A DNA stretch of 64,000 nt from Mobula hypostoma (lineage: Eukaryota), in assembly GCF_963921235.1 (NCBI RefSeq), contig NC_086097.1:122762001-122826000 (forward strand). The letters run 5' to 3'. The position numbers and the translations under genes are program-made. Position 1 is the first letter of the stretch, and each line of letters begins with the position of its first letter. Of this stretch, positions 11,200-24,186 are shown one piece after another. Under the pieces are notes generated by a model. That model was not told the origin of the DNA, did no database searches, and saw only the letters and a list, made by a program, of their open reading frames with translations.

Positions 11200-13195
11200 T
11201 AGATTATGAGAACACTTAGTCCTCTTTTATTGTCATTTAGAAATACATACATGCATTAGTCATAGTCATAGTCATAGTCATACTTTATTGATCCCGGGGG
11301 AAATTGGTTTTCGTTACAGTTGCGCCATAAATAATAAATAGTAATAGAACCATAAATAGTTAAATAGTAATATGTAAATTATGCTAGTAAATTGTGAAAT
11401 AAGTCCAGGACCAGCCTATTGGCTCAGGGTGTCTGACCCTCCAAGGGAGGAGTTGTAACGTTTGATGGCCACAGGCAGGAATGACTTCCTATGATGCTCA
11501 GTGCTGCATCTCAGTGGAATGAGTCTCTGGCTGAATGTACTCCTGTGCCCACCCGGTACATTATGTAGTGGATGGGAGACATTGTCCAAGATGGCATGCA
11601 ACTTAGACAGCATCCTCTTTTTAGACACCATCGTGAGACAGTCCAGTTCCATCCCCACAACATCACTGGCCTTACGAATGAGTTTGTTGATTCTGTTGGT
11701 GTCTGCTACCCTCAGCCTGCTGCCCCAGCACACAACAGCAAACATGATAGCACTGGCCACCACAGACTCATAGAACATCCTCAGCGTCGTCCGGCAGATG
11801 TTAAAGGACCTCAGTCTCCTCAGGAAATAGAGATGGCTCTGACCCTTCTTGTAGACAGCCTCAGTGTTCTTTGACCAGACCAGTTTATTGTCAATTCATA
11901 TTCCCAGGTATTTGTAATCCTCCACCATGTCCACACTGACCCCCTGGATGGAAACAGTGGTCACCAGTACCTTAGCTCTCCTCAGGTCTACCACCAGCTC
12001 CTTAGTCTTTTTCACATTAAGCTGCAGATAATTCTGCTCACACCATGTGACAAAGTTTCCTACCGTAGCCCCGTACTCAGCCTCATCTCCCTTGCTGATG
12101 CATCCAACTATGGCAGAGTCATCCGAAAACTTCTGAAGATGACAAGACTCTGTGCAGTAGTTGAAGCTGAGGTGTAAATGGTGAAGAGAAAGGGAGACAA
12201 GACAGTCCCCTGTGGAGCCCCAGTGCTGCTGATCACTCTGTCGGACACACAGTGTTGCAAGCACATGTACTGTGGTCTGCCAGTCAGGTAATCAAGAATC
12301 CATGACACCAGGGAAGCATCCACCTGCATCGCTGTCAGCTTCTCCCCCAGCAGAGCAGGGCGGATGGTGTTGAACGCACTGGAGAAGTCAAAAAACATGA
12401 CCTTCACAGTGCTCGCTGGCTTGTCCAGGTGGGCGTAGACACGGTTCAGCAGGTAGACGATGGCATCCTCAATTCCTAATCAGGGCTGTTAAGCGAACTG
12501 GAGGAGATCTAAGTGTGGCCTGACCATAGGCCAGAGCAGCTCCAGAACAAGTCTCCCCAGCGACTTCATGATGTGGTCTTAATAAATGATACAATGTTTC
12601 TCCGGAGTGATATCATAAAAAACAGGACAGACCAAAGACTAATACTGACAGAACCACGTAATTATAACATATAGTTACAGCAATGCAAAGCAATACCATA
12701 ATTTGACGAAGAACAGATCACGGGCACAGTAAAAAAAAGTCTCAAAGTCCTGAGTCGATCGACTCCCGAGTCCCCGATGACAGGTGGCAAAAGGGAGAAA
12801 GTACCTGCCATAAACCTGCAAGCACCGTCAACCTTGGAAGCAGCCGACCACAGCCGACACTGAGTCTATCCGTCCGAAAACTTTGAGCTTCCGACCAGCC
12901 CCGCCGATACAGCCTCCCGAGCGCCATCCACTGCCGAGCGCCTTCGACCTCGCCCCGGCTGCTGAAACACGCAAAGCCGAGGATTTCGGGGCCTTCAGCT
13001 CCGGAGATTCTGGTTACCACACAGTAGCAGCGGCAGCGAAGCGGGCATTTCAGAAGTTTTCCAGATGTTCCTCTGTGCTCCCACGTCTGTCTCCATCAAA
13101 TCAGAATTGTTCACGGTCCCCTACTTGACAGATAACAGATATTCTTCACCAAAGTGGCTGTGCGCGCTGACGTAGCGCCGCCATCTTCTCCCCCC
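11200..13195 (-). mobile_element. Non-coding CpG-rich retroposon (AAGATGGCGGC start), split by Rex1
   Basis: 11200-11258 plus 12579-13195 is the reverse complement of a homologue at 35210-35892. Confidence 0.75.
11258..12578 (-). mobile_element. Rex1/Babar LINE, 5'-truncated, frameshifted RT
   Basis: MFFDFSSAFNTI, GAPQGTVLSPFLFTIYT, LQKFSDDSAIVGCI, LNVKKTKELVVD, FYESVVASAI; (atgact)n tail at 11258-11282. Confidence 0.9.
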
Positions 13196-13506
13196 TCCCG
13201 GGAGGATTAAACTTCTGTTCTCAGATTAGTAGAACTGTGAGGCAACAATTCCTCTTGTCTCACCACATGGATATTCACCTCCCTGTTCAGAACCTTGAGC
13301 ACAAAACCGAGAGTGGCTCTGAAAGTGTGCTTCACTGTTTAAGATGCTGACTTTCAAAAAAATCAAGCATCTGTCTTCCCTCTCACATGGACACAAAAAT
13401 CTAATATTCCCAGAAAGCAAGCAGTGAAACTTCATGGCTAATACAATTTCTTCAAATGCCATCAATTAAAGCAGACTATCTGGGCATATGACCTTGCTAT
13501 GCAGTC

Positions 13507-14010
13507 TGTGGCCACTTTATTATGTACACCTGTACACCTGCTCGTTAATGCAAATATCTAATCAGCCAATCGGCAGTTGAATCCATAAAAGCATGTAGAC
13601 ATAGTCAAGAGGTTTGGGTGTTGTTCAGATCAAACATCAGAATGGGGAAGAAATGTGATTTAAGTGACTTTGACCGTGGAATGATTGTTGGTGCCAGATG
13701 GGGTGGCTGGTGTATCTCAGAAATTGTTGTTTTCCCAGGATTTCCATGCACAATAGTTTCTGGAGTTCACAGAGGATGGCATGAAAAACAAAAATCATAC
13801 AGCGAGTAGCAGTTCTGTGGGTGAAAATGCCTTATTAATGAGAGAAGTCTAAGAAGAATGATCAGACTGGTTCAAGATGACAGGAAGGCAAGAATAACTT
13901 AAACAGCCATATATTACAACAGTGATTTGCAGAAGAGCATCTCTGAACACACAACACATTGAACCTTGAAGTAGATGAGCTACAGCAGGAGAAGACCACA
14001 TACATACACA
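13507..14010 (+). mobile_element. Tc1-like DNA transposon remnant (left TIR and transposase N-terminus)
   Basis: TIR gtggccactttatt..gtacacc; MGKKCDLSDFDRGMIVGAR is a Tc1 N-terminal helix-turn-helix start. Confidence 0.75.
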
Positions 14011-14031
14011 AAGTATCATTACACCATGAAT

Positions 14032-15395
14032 ATTAGATTGAATTGACTTTATCACCTACATCCTTCAAATACATGAGGAGTAAAAATCTTTATGTTACGT
14101 CTCCATTCAAATGTGCAATGTGCAATTATAGTAATTTGTCATAAATGTTATGTACAATAGGATAATCAATATAACATAGAAATACAGTAGCATCAGCATG
14201 AATTAATCAGTCTGATGGCCTGGTGGAAGAAGCTGTCCCAGAGCTTGTTGGTCCTGGCTTTTATGCTGCGGTACCATTTCCCGGATGGTAGCAGCTGGAA
14301 CAGTTTTTAGTTGGGGTGACTTGGGTCTCCAGTGATCCTTCGGGCCCTTTTTACACACCTGTCTTTGTAAATGTCCTGAATAATGGGAAGTTCACATCGC
14401 CGGGCTGTCCGCACCACTCTCTGCAGAGACCTGCGATTGAGGGAAGTACAGTTCCCATACCAGGCAGTGATGCAGCCAGTCAGGATGCTCTCAATCATGC
14501 CCCTATAGAAAGTTCTTAGAATTTGGGAGGCCATACCAAAATTCTTCAATCATCTGAGGTGAAAGAGGTGCTGTTGTGCTTTTTTCACCACACAGCAAGT
14601 ATGTACCGACCACATGAGATCCTCGGTGATGTTTATGCTGAGGAACTTAAAGCTGTTCACCCACTCAACCCCAGATCTATTGGTCTCTATAGAGTTAGCC
14701 TGTCTCCATTCCTTCTGTAGTCTACAGACAGCTCCTTTGTTTTTGCAACATTGAGGGAAAGGTTGTTTTTTTGACACCACTGGGTCAGGGTGATGACTTT
14801 CTCTCTGTAGGCTGCCTCATTATTATTTGAGATTAGGCCAATCAGTTAAGTGTCATCAGCAAATTTAATTGGCAGATTGGAGCTGTGGACAGTGATACAG
14901 TCATGGGTATACAGAGAGTAAAGGAGGTGGTTTAGTACACAGCCCTGAGGGGCACTTGTGTTGAGGGTCAGAGGAGCAGTGGTGAGGGAGCCCAATCTTA
15001 CCACCTATTGGAGACCTGACAGGAAATCCAGGATCCAGCAACACAAGACAAGATGAAGGCCAAAGTCTCTGAGTTTTTTGTCGAGCCTGGAAGGAATTAT
15101 GATGTTGAATGCTGAAATGTACTCTAAGAACAGCATTCTCACATAAGCATCCTTCTTCTCCAGATGTGTAAGGACAGTGTGTGGAGCTGTGGCTATTGCC
15201 TCATTTGTCAATCGGTTGGTTGGTAGGCGAATTGTAGGGGCCAGTTTGGGTGGCAGCATGCTGCAGATGTAATCCTTGATCAGCCTCTCAAAGCATTTGC
15301 TTATTATTGATCTGAGTGCGACAGGACCAGTCGTTCAGACGTGTTACCTCGGTCTTTTTAGGTACAGGGTCAATGGTGGATGTTTTGAAGCAGGA
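14032..15395 (-). mobile_element. Rex1/Babar LINE fragment (second subfamily)
   Basis: AYVRMLFLEYISAFNIIIP, SFKFLSINITEDLMWS, FYRGMIESILTGCITAWYGNC. Confidence 0.85.
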
Positions 15396-15989
15396 GGGCA
15401 CTCTACATATACAAGTGTATATAAGAGAAATAAAGTGAGTGAAAGAGACAAGCAGAAATAAAAGATTGGAATCTCTTAAGCTAAAAGACCAGATGGTGTA
15501 TTGATATTGAGACTATAGAAGCCAGTTGAAAAATCTTTGTGCATAATCAGAACGGAGTTAATGAAGGGAAAAGGTTTATGGATTTGTTTGGTTTTCCATT
15601 CCACTGGAGCATATTTTGCAGCTGATGCCAGCTCAGAACACTTGGGCAAGAGCCACAAAGTAAAACAGATGGTGGACTAAAACTAATATCTGAACTAAAA
15701 CAGAAAATGCAAGAAATTCTTAGCAGGTCAGGTAGCCTCTATGGAGAGGGAAACTTTTATTGTTTCAGACCAAAAACCTTTCATTAGGGGGCCAGAAAGG
15801 TTAGAGATACGTCAAGTTCTAAGATACCTAGAAAAGGGGAGGGAGAAAGCAACTTCTCAAAAAGATTTGTGATCGGGCGGTAAGCAAGAAAAGTTAGCAG
15901 CAGATTGAAAAGTGGAACTGGGTGAAAGGTGATGGTAGAGGTATTTTAGTGAATAGAAACAAATAGGCCCTGGAGAGATTAAAAAATCT

Positions 15990-16440
15990 GAAGTTGCCAT
16001 AAGATCCCAGGATTGAATCAGAAGTCTGGAAGTCCAGGCCCATTGGCCGGAGTCTGCGGTCTGTGAATCTCTGTGAGTCCATCTGATGGTCAAAGGCCTA
16101 ATGTCTGCGTCTGAATCCGTGTCCACTGGAGGCCGGAGGGTGAAGAAGACAGACTGCCTTGGGAGTTAGAGGACTGTGTATGTGTGTGGATGGGTAGGAG
16201 AAATGGGACTTGTTTTGTTGTGTTGCTTTGTTGCTTGTTGTGTTCTGGCGTGCCGTATTCTGTGATGTTCTGCCGAGTATGGTGGGCATGCTCCTCTATG
16301 CGAGCACTGGACTGTGTGGCGACACTTGTGGGCTGCCCTCATCACAGCCTTGTGTGTGTTGTTTTGTTAATGCAAATGATACATTTCACTATAAGTTTTG
16401 ACATACACGTGATAAATAGTCTTGAATCCTGAACCTTGAA
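15990..16440 (+). mobile_element. Non-coding retroposon (family also at 19070, 26485, 27485, 50555)
   Basis: Shared gttgtgttg-rich block and catttcact...gtgataaata...gaatc tail. Confidence 0.6.
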
Positions 16441-16469
16441 TCTCAAGTATAGGTCATGTTGTAGACGAT

Positions 16470-17420
16470 GAAAAATTAGTTGTTAGTTTGGTACAAGGGC
16501 TGAAAACAGTCAAATGGCTTTCAACTAAGATAAATGTGAGGTATTGCACTTTGGGAGTCAAACCAAGGTAAGACTTACATAATGAATGGTGGGGCCCTTG
16601 GGAGTGTTACGGCACAGACGACTTCTGAATGTAAATGCATAGCTCTCAGAAAGTCGTGACGCAGGTATATAGGGTGGTAAAGAAATCGTTTAGTATCACA
16701 AACACAAGAAAATCTGCAGATGCTGGACATCCAAAGCAACACACACAAAATGCTGGAGGAGCTCAACCGGACAGGCTGCATCTATGGAAAAGAGCAAATA
16801 GTTGACCTTTCAGGCTGAGATCTTTTGTACACTACCCTTCATCCGTCAGAACACTGGGAATAGAGGTGAGAATCTGCTGCAGTTAAGTAAGATATTCTTG
16901 AGGCTGCACTTAGAGTACTGTGTATAGTTTTGGTCAACCTATTGTAGGAAACATACTTAAACTAGAGAGAGTGTAGAAAAGATTAACCAGGCTGTTACCT
17001 AGTTACAAGGACAGGTTATGTATGCTAGGGCTTTATTCCCTGAAAATAGGATATTGAGAGGTAACCTGATGGGGGTATATAAGATCAAGAGGGACACAGG
17101 CAGGGTGAAAGCACAGACTTTTTCCTAGGGAGCTGTTGCTGAAACAAGAGGGTAGCAGAGGTAGGAGGTTTAAAAGTGACATCAGGGATAGCTTCTTCAT
17201 GCAAAGGGTGTTGCATATTTGTAATGAGCTGCCAGAAATTGTGCTTGAGACAGGCAAGTCAGCAAAGTTTAAAAGCCAACTCAATAACTATATGTTAAGA
17301 GAGGTTTAGAGGCCTATTGACCAAATGCAGGTAGATGGGACCAGTTCACTGGGCAACACAGTTGGCCTGGATGAATTGGGCCAATTAACTTGTTAAAATG
17401 CTGTATATCTCCATGTCTAA
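16470..17420 (+). mobile_element. Old CR1 3' region with a Penelope pLTR fragment inserted at ~16697-16825
   Basis: gataaatgtgaggtattgcactttgg (DKCEVLHF) and ttagagtactgtgtatagttttggtc (LEYCV.FW); inserted aaatctgcagatgctgga motif. Confidence 0.65.
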
Positions 17421-17539
17421 TCTGGATGCTAGAAATGCAAAATATAAAGGCTGCGAATGCTGGTTCTCCCAAATTTTCACATGAGGTGCGAAGAAGAGGT
17501 TGCTTTCCTTCATCTGTGTTTCACTTCAGCATGTTTGGC

Positions 17540-18480
17540 CTGCTGAAAGTAAAGAGGTTGGGGTGGGGCCGAGATGGAGAACTAATCTGGCGGGAATTGA
17601 AATGTCAGGACCATCCTTGAGGAGAGGTGATCAGCAAAATAGTCACTGTTTTTGTGTTTCCCATTGTAGTGGAGCCCACATTGCAAGCCTTGAAGGTTAG
17701 ACCATAAGACCAGAAGGCTCAGGGGCAGAATTAGGCCATTCAGTCCATCAAGCCTGGTCTGTTATTTAATCATGGCTGATTTACTATTCCTCTCGACCCC
17801 GTCCTCCTGCCTTCTCTCTGTAACCATTGACGCCTTTACTGATCAAGAACCTATCAATCTCCACTTTAAATATACCCAATGGCAGCCATCTGTGGCAATG
17901 AATTCCACAAATTCACCACCCTCTGGCCAATGGAATTCCTCCTCGTCTCTGTTCTAAAAGGACATCCTTGTAGTCTGAGGCTGTGCTCTCTGCTCTTAGT
18001 CTCCCCCACTCATGGAAACCCCGGCACTTATGTTGTACTGCACATTAAGCTGAAAGAAGATGCCCTGCAAGGTGGAATGGAAGGGTGTAAAAGTGCAGAT
18101 ATTGTACTCCTTGTACTTAGATTGGAAGGTACTTTGCGAAGGAGCAGCGATGATGGTGGAGGTGGAAGCTTAGGCCAGGATGCTGTGGAGGCAATAGTCC
18201 CTATAGAATTCAAGAAGAGATGGGGAAGATGGGTTGGTGATGGCATCATATTGAGGGTGTTAGAAAATACAGAGTATGATCTGAATATGGAAGTGGGTGG
18301 AGGAAAAAAGAGGAATCCTCATCAGGCTGTGGGTGGGCGAGGACAGAAAGGAAGGAAGTGGAACAGACATGCTTGAGAGTTCTGTCAACTACAATAGAGA
18401 GAAAACAATGGTTGAGGAGAAAGGAAGACAGTGGAAGCAGAGATTTGGGGGCTGGTGTGCTCAGAAAAGATGTGAAAAAC
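17540..18480 (-). mobile_element. Very decayed Penelope-like ORF remnant (GIY-YIG region), with a CR1 3' end inserted at ~17697-18020
   Basis: Antisense C..CGLHYNG...DYFADHL loosely resembles the PLE CxxCxxxYIGET...RFxEH motif; CR1 tail cataagac at ~17700. Confidence 0.4.
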
Positions 18481-18587
18481 AGAGGTTTTTGCACATGAAC
18501 GTCTGCAAATGCTGGAACTCCAGACTAACAAACACAACATGATAGAAGAACTCATCCTGTCAGGCAGTATCCGTGGAGAGAAATGAA

Positions 18588-18623
18588 CAGTTGACGTTTC
18601 GGGCTGCGACTCTTCATCAGGAC
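18588..18623 (-). ncRNA. Minimal type-I hammerhead ribozyme core in a Penelope pLTR (host ~18490-18625)
   Basis: Minus strand gtc-CTGATGA-a-gagtcgcagccc-GAAA-cgtc-aactg: intact core with mismatches in stems I and II. Confidence 0.65.
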
Positions 18624-18774
18624 AATGTTTGGATAGAATGGAATGTCTACACCAGCACTGTGGCAATGGGAGCTACTGCTGCAGATACTATTCAATGGTT
18701 TAATGATATGTTCTCTGAAATAGAGACAGAGAAGGTGAAGAAGAAAGGAAGAAAGTCAAACATTTTTTGTATTT

Positions 18775-19050
18775 AATTTAGGTGTTTGGTGCAGAACAGG
18801 CTCTTCCTGTCCAGCAAGCTGCATTGCCCAGCAACCCACCTATTTAACACTCGCCTAATCACAATGACCAATTAGCTTTCTAACTAGTACATCTTTGGTC
18901 CTTAGGAGGAAACTGGAGCACCCAGAGGAAAACCAAGCAGTCATGGGAGAACTTACAAATTCCTTACTGCACCAGAATTGCACTCTGGACTCCTGAATGC
19001 TCCAAGCTGTAGTAGTGTCATGCTAACTGCTATGCTGCTGTGGTACCCCT
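18775..19050 (-). mobile_element. V-SINE (HE1-like)
   Basis: Antisense V-domain ggaggaaactggagcacccagaggaaa...gggagaacttacaaa; tRNA-like head at the right end. Confidence 0.7.
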
Positions 19051-19069
19051 GCTAACCTGCGATGTGGAG

Positions 19070-19440
19070 CAAGTTAAGGTAAACTCTAGGTGGAAGTTGG
19101 CAACAATGGTTCTGAAGGTCGATCAAAAGTCTGGAAGTCGAAGCCAGATGGCCAAAGGCCAGACTGGTGGCATGTCCTGGAATTGGAGGACTGCCCATAT
19201 GTGTGGGTGGATGGAAAGGAAAGTGGGAGAGAGGCAAGGGGCTTGTTTTGCTGTTGTTGTTATGTGGCACATTGTGTTTCTCTGCTGAGCATTTTGGCCA
19301 TGCCCTGTTGGTGGCAGAACATGTGGCAACACTTACAGGCTCCCCCTACACATCCTCAGGTGTGGTGGCTGTTAACGCAAACAATGCCTTTCACAGTAGG
19401 TTTCCAGATACATGTGATAAATAAATCTGAATTTGAATCT
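19070..19440 (+). mobile_element. Non-coding retroposon, same family as 15990-16440
   Basis: Direct similarity; tail acatgtgataaataaatctgaatttgaatct. Confidence 0.6.
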
Positions 19441-19489
19441 GGTGATGCCACTTTGTAATTCAGTGTGTGTGTGCAGACACAGCCATCAA

Positions 19490-20150
19490 TAGAATGGTGA
19501 GGTCTAATTTGGGGTATTGTGTAGATTTCTGGTCACGCACAGTACCTACAGGAAAGATATTAGAATTGAAAGAGTGCACAGAACATTTACAAAAATTTTG
19601 CTGGGACTTGAGATCCTAAGCGTTAGGGAAAGGTTGAAAAGGTTAGGAATGAAGGAAAATGAGGTGAGATTTGATGGGGGTATACAAAATTATGAAGGGT
19701 ATAGAGAGGGTAAATGCAAGCAGCCCTTTCAGCTGAGGTTTGGTGAGACCAGAACTTGAGGTCTTAAGTTAAGGGTAAATGGTGAAATATTCAAGCAAAA
19801 TCTGAGGGGGATCTTCTTCACTTGGAGGGTCATGACACCGTGGAATGAGAGTGCAAATGGTGGATGTGGGTTCAATTCCAACACTTAAGAGACATTTTGA
19901 TATAAACAGGAAAGATCCTGGTGCTACAGGAAAGATACCGGCATGGACAGCAGAATGGCTGACAGGCAGAAGGCAGTGAGTGGGAATAAAGGGGCTTTTT
20001 CTGGTTGGCTGCCAGTGGCTGGTGATGTTTCTCAGGGGTATGCAGGGCTATGGTCCAGTTGCAGGTCAGTGATACTGGGCAGAATAATAGTTCAGGGTGG
20101 ATTAGATGGACTAAGGGGTCTGTTTCTGTAGTGCTCTCTTACTCCATAGT
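19490..20150 (+). mobile_element. Old CR1 3' fragments
   Basis: YRKDIRIERVHRTFTKILLGL; embedded RT piece (WLTGRRQ-like). Confidence 0.6.
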
Positions 20151-20755
20151 TCAATTACTCTAATGAGCCAGAAGAAGATCTCAATCTGGTGGGGGAAGCC
20201 TGTTCAGGATCAAATGAATACATTTTTATTAGACTTTGCATCTGTGCATACGCTCAAACGCAGGAGATACTGTAGATACTGGAAGTCAGGCAGCATCCAT
20301 GGAAGTGAATAAGCAGTTGACGTTTTGGACCAAGACACAGCTAGAGTGCCTAAGCCTTTTTGTCAATGTGAGGCAGAGACTGAGTTTGTAAATCTGCTGG
20401 GAGCAAAAGATGTTGGGAATGTTGAGGGTGGAGCGCCGCCGGATAGGAGTGGGATGGATAGCAGAGAAGGAGTGCCAGGGAGGGGATGTGTGGCATGGGT
20501 GCAGACACACCCAATCCTGTGACACCAGGCAAGGTCATTTGATTCCAAACAATTGGTTTATTGATCATTAGAGAATGTATCTCTGGTGCTTCCCGCTCCA
20601 TCCCCGCTCTCTTCCTCTTTTCCCCAACCATGATTTTCCTCTCCCTGCCCTCTTCCCACACTCAGTCCACAATGGAGACCCATATCAGAATCACTCACAT
20701 ATGTCATGAATTTTTTTTGTGTGTGCCAGCAGTACAATGCAGTACAAAAAATTAC

Positions 20756-20826
20756 TACAGTACTGTGCAAAGGTCTTAGGCATCCCAGCTATATATATGT
20801 GCCCGATATTTTGGCATAGTACTGTA
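20756..20826. mobile_element. Tiny Tc1/mariner-type MITE
   Basis: TA-cagtactgtgcaaaggtcttaggca...tgcccgatattttggcatagtactg-TA: imperfect terminal inverted repeats with TA flanks. Confidence 0.65.
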
Positions 20827-23088
20827 TATGATTGAACTTTGCATATAGATGGAGGATGAAATAGTTAGATCTAAAACTAGTGTATTATGCTTGAACAAGG
20901 GAGACTACAACGGGATGGAGGGAGGAGTTGGCTAATTTGGATTGGGAGCACAGGCTATTTGGAAGGACAGTTGAGGAACAGTGGAATACTTTCAAAGAGA
21001 TTTTTCACAGTGCTCAGCAAAAGTATATTCCAGTCAAAAGTAAGGACAGCCAGTGTGGGGAGAGCCAGCCTTGGATAACTGAGGAAATAAAAGATAGTAT
21101 CAAATTAAAAGCTCATTTGTACAAAGTCACAAAGAATAGTGGGACGCTGGAGGACTGGGAAAACTTTAAAAAGCAACAAAGAACAACTAAGCAAGAAATA
21201 AGGAAAGGGAAGATAGAGTATGAAAGTAAATTAGCACAAAATATCAAAACAGATAGCAAAAGTTTTCATAAATATATAAAGCAAAAGAGGGTTGCTAAAG
21301 TCAACGTAGGTCCCTTGGAAGACGAGAAGGGAAAATTGATATTGGGTGATAAGGAAATGGCTGAGGTATTGAACGACTATTTTGTGTCCGTCTTCACAGT
21401 GGAGGACACATCTAATATGCCAAAGAATGATGTTATGGACGAAATGGGAGGTGAGGACTTAGATAAAATCACTGTTACTAAAGAGATAGTGATGAGAAAA
21501 CTAGAGGGCCTGAAGGTAGATAGGTCCTCTGGTCCTGATGGGATGCATCCCAGGGTGCTGAGGGAATTGGCGGAGGTTATAGTAGACGCGTTGTTAATCA
21601 TTTACCAAAACTCTCTAGACTCTTGCAGGTCCCGGTAGATTGGAAGACAGTAAATGTCATGCCACTTTTTAAAAAAGGATGTAGGCAAAAGGTGGGCAAC
21701 TATAGGCCAGTTAGCTTAACATCTGTAGTCGGGAAGATGCTTGAAGCTGTCATTAAGGAAGAAATAGCAAAACATTTAGAAAGGAAAGGTTCCATTAGAC
21801 AGATGCAGCATGGATTCAGAAAGGGCAGGGCCTGCTTGACAAACTTACTGGAGTTCTTTGAGGACAGAATGGGTGCAGTGGATAGGGAGAAACAGGTGGA
21901 TGTCGTATACTTGGATTTCCAGAAGGCATTCCTATAAATAAGATATGGATGCATGGAGTTGGAGGAAGTGCATTGGCATGGATAGTGGATTGGTTAACCA
22001 ATAGAAGGCAGTGAGTTGGTATAAATGGATGTTTTTCCGGTTGACAATCTGTGGTGAGTGGGGTGCTGCAGGGGTCGGTGCTGGGCCCACAGTTGTTTAC
22101 CATTTACATTGAAGACTTGGAAGAGGAGACTGATGTAGCGCAGCAAAAGTTGCTGATGACACTAAACTGAGTGGAAAAACAAATTGCACAGAGGATGTGG
22201 AGAGTCCACAGAGGGATATAGATAGGTTAAGTGAGTGGGCCAAGGTCTGGCAGATGGATTACTATGTTAGTAAATGTGCGATCATCCACTTTGGAAGGAA
22301 TAATAGAAGAGCAGATGATTATTTAAATGGTGAAAGATTGCAGCATGCTGTTGTGCAGAAGGACTTGGGAGTGCTTGTTCATGAATCACAAAAAGCTGGC
22401 TTGCAGGTACAACGGGTTATTAAGAAGGTAAATGGAATGTCGGCCTTCATTGCTAGAGGGATTGAATTCAAGAGCAGGGAGGTCATGCTGCAACTATACA
22501 GGGTACTGGTGTGGCCGCACCTGGAGTACTGGGTGCATTTCTGGATTCCATACTTGAGGAAGGATATTCTGGCTTTGGAGGCAGTGCAGAGGAGGTTCAC
22601 CAGGTTGATTCCAGGGATGAAGCGGTTAACCTATGAGGAGAGATTGAGTCGCCTGGGACTATACTCTCTGGAAGTCAGAAGCATAAGAGGGGATCTTATA
22701 GAAACATACAACATTTTGAAAGGGATAGATAAGATAGAAGTAGGAAAGTTGTTTCCATTGGTAGGTGAGACTAGAACTAGGGGACATTGCCTCAAGATTC
22801 ACGGGAGAAAATTTAGGACGGAGATGAGGAGAAACTGTTTTTCCCAGAGAGTGGTGAATCTATGGAGTTCTCTGCCCAGGGGAGCAGTTGAGGCTTCCTC
22901 ACTAAATATATTTAAGATACAGTTATAGATTTTTACATAGTAGGGGAATTAAGGATCATGGAGAAAAGACAGGTAGATGGGGCTGAGTTTACAGACAGAT
23001 CAGCCATGATCTTATTGAATGGCGCGGCAGGTTCGATGGGCCGGATGGCCTACTCCTGCTCCTATTTCTTATGTTCTTATGTTCTTAT
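20827..23088 (+). mobile_element. 5'-truncated CR1 LINE (subfamily B) with disrupted ORF2
   Basis: ORF pieces 20928-21638, 21623-21937 and 22197-22928 (SGPDGMHPRVL, NYRPVSLTS, YLDFQKAF, PHLEY); (ttcttatg)n tail. Confidence 0.92.
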
Positions 23089-23089
23089 A

Positions 23090-23740
23090 TCTCTAACAGC
23101 ACATAAACTAATAGTAACAAAATAATATTAACAGATTTTTTAAAAAATCTGTAAATGTACAGGTTGACATAAAGTGCAAATTCAGCATATAGTTAAATAT
23201 ACTGTCAGTATAGGGCTATTGGTACTATCATAATTAGTGTGTACTGGGTAGTAACAGGGCATTCAGAAGTCTCACAGCCTGGGGGAAGAAGTTGTTACCC
23301 CGCCTAATAATCCTTGTTGTTATATATAGTGCAGCAATTTCAGCCTGGTGGTAGGTTGTGGGGCTGATGGAAGAGGTCTTTGACAATACTGAGTGCTTTG
23401 CAAATGTAGCACTTCTGGTATGTGTCCCGGATGAAGGGGAGAGAAATCTCAAGTGATTCTCACAGCAGTCCTTACAATCCCTTGCATGGCCTTGCCGTCA
23501 GGTGCCTTGGAATTGGAGTACAGCTGGTCAAGACACTCAATGGGGCTCTGGTAGAATAAGGGGTGAAAGAGAAGGCGCTGCTGAGCTTTCTTGGCTAAAG
23601 AGGCGAGATTGATGGACATGGTGAGATCATTTGTGATGTGCACCCCAGGAAACTTGGTGCTTCTAATTCTCCCCACAGAGTAGCTGTTGCTGTGCAGTAG
23701 GGAATGGTCAGTCTGCAGCTCCCAGAATCCACAATCATCT
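23090..23740 (-). mobile_element. Old Rex1/Babar 3' fragment
   Basis: KFPGVHITNDLT, AKKAQQRL, NNFFPQAVRLLN. Confidence 0.65.
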
Positions 23741-24186
23741 CTTTGAGAATATCTGAACACATGAACAATGATTAGTTTCCATACTATGATAATGAAAGCC
23801 AATACAGTTTCCTCATTTGCTCACAGTGATACGCATATAGTCATACAACAAGCAAACAGGCAATTCAGCCCAGCTTACCCGTGCCCATTGTGTTGTCCAG
23901 CACGCTAGTCCCATTTGACCACATTTGCTCCATAGCCCTCAACGTGATGAGTAAGTGGTCTCTTAATGGGGTGAACATCCACTGCATTTCTGGAATCACC
24001 CTTAACAAGATCATTGTTGTCCAAGTAAACCAAAATGCAAAGTGACAAAGGTACAAATATGAACTAAGATCAAAATTCAAAGTTTAAAATAAATTTATTA
24101 TCAAAGTATGTATACCATTTTCTTGCAAGCACCCACAGGGAAATAAAGAAATAGGATCGAGCCCATGGAAAAACATACAAAACCTA

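Noticed and set aside
18640..18760. Minus-strand splice acceptor (long pyrimidine tract plus ttcag) and possible exon EHIIKPLNSICSS...
   Set aside because: No strong donor, no recognisable protein, and the frame runs into a pLTR; would need RNA-seq.
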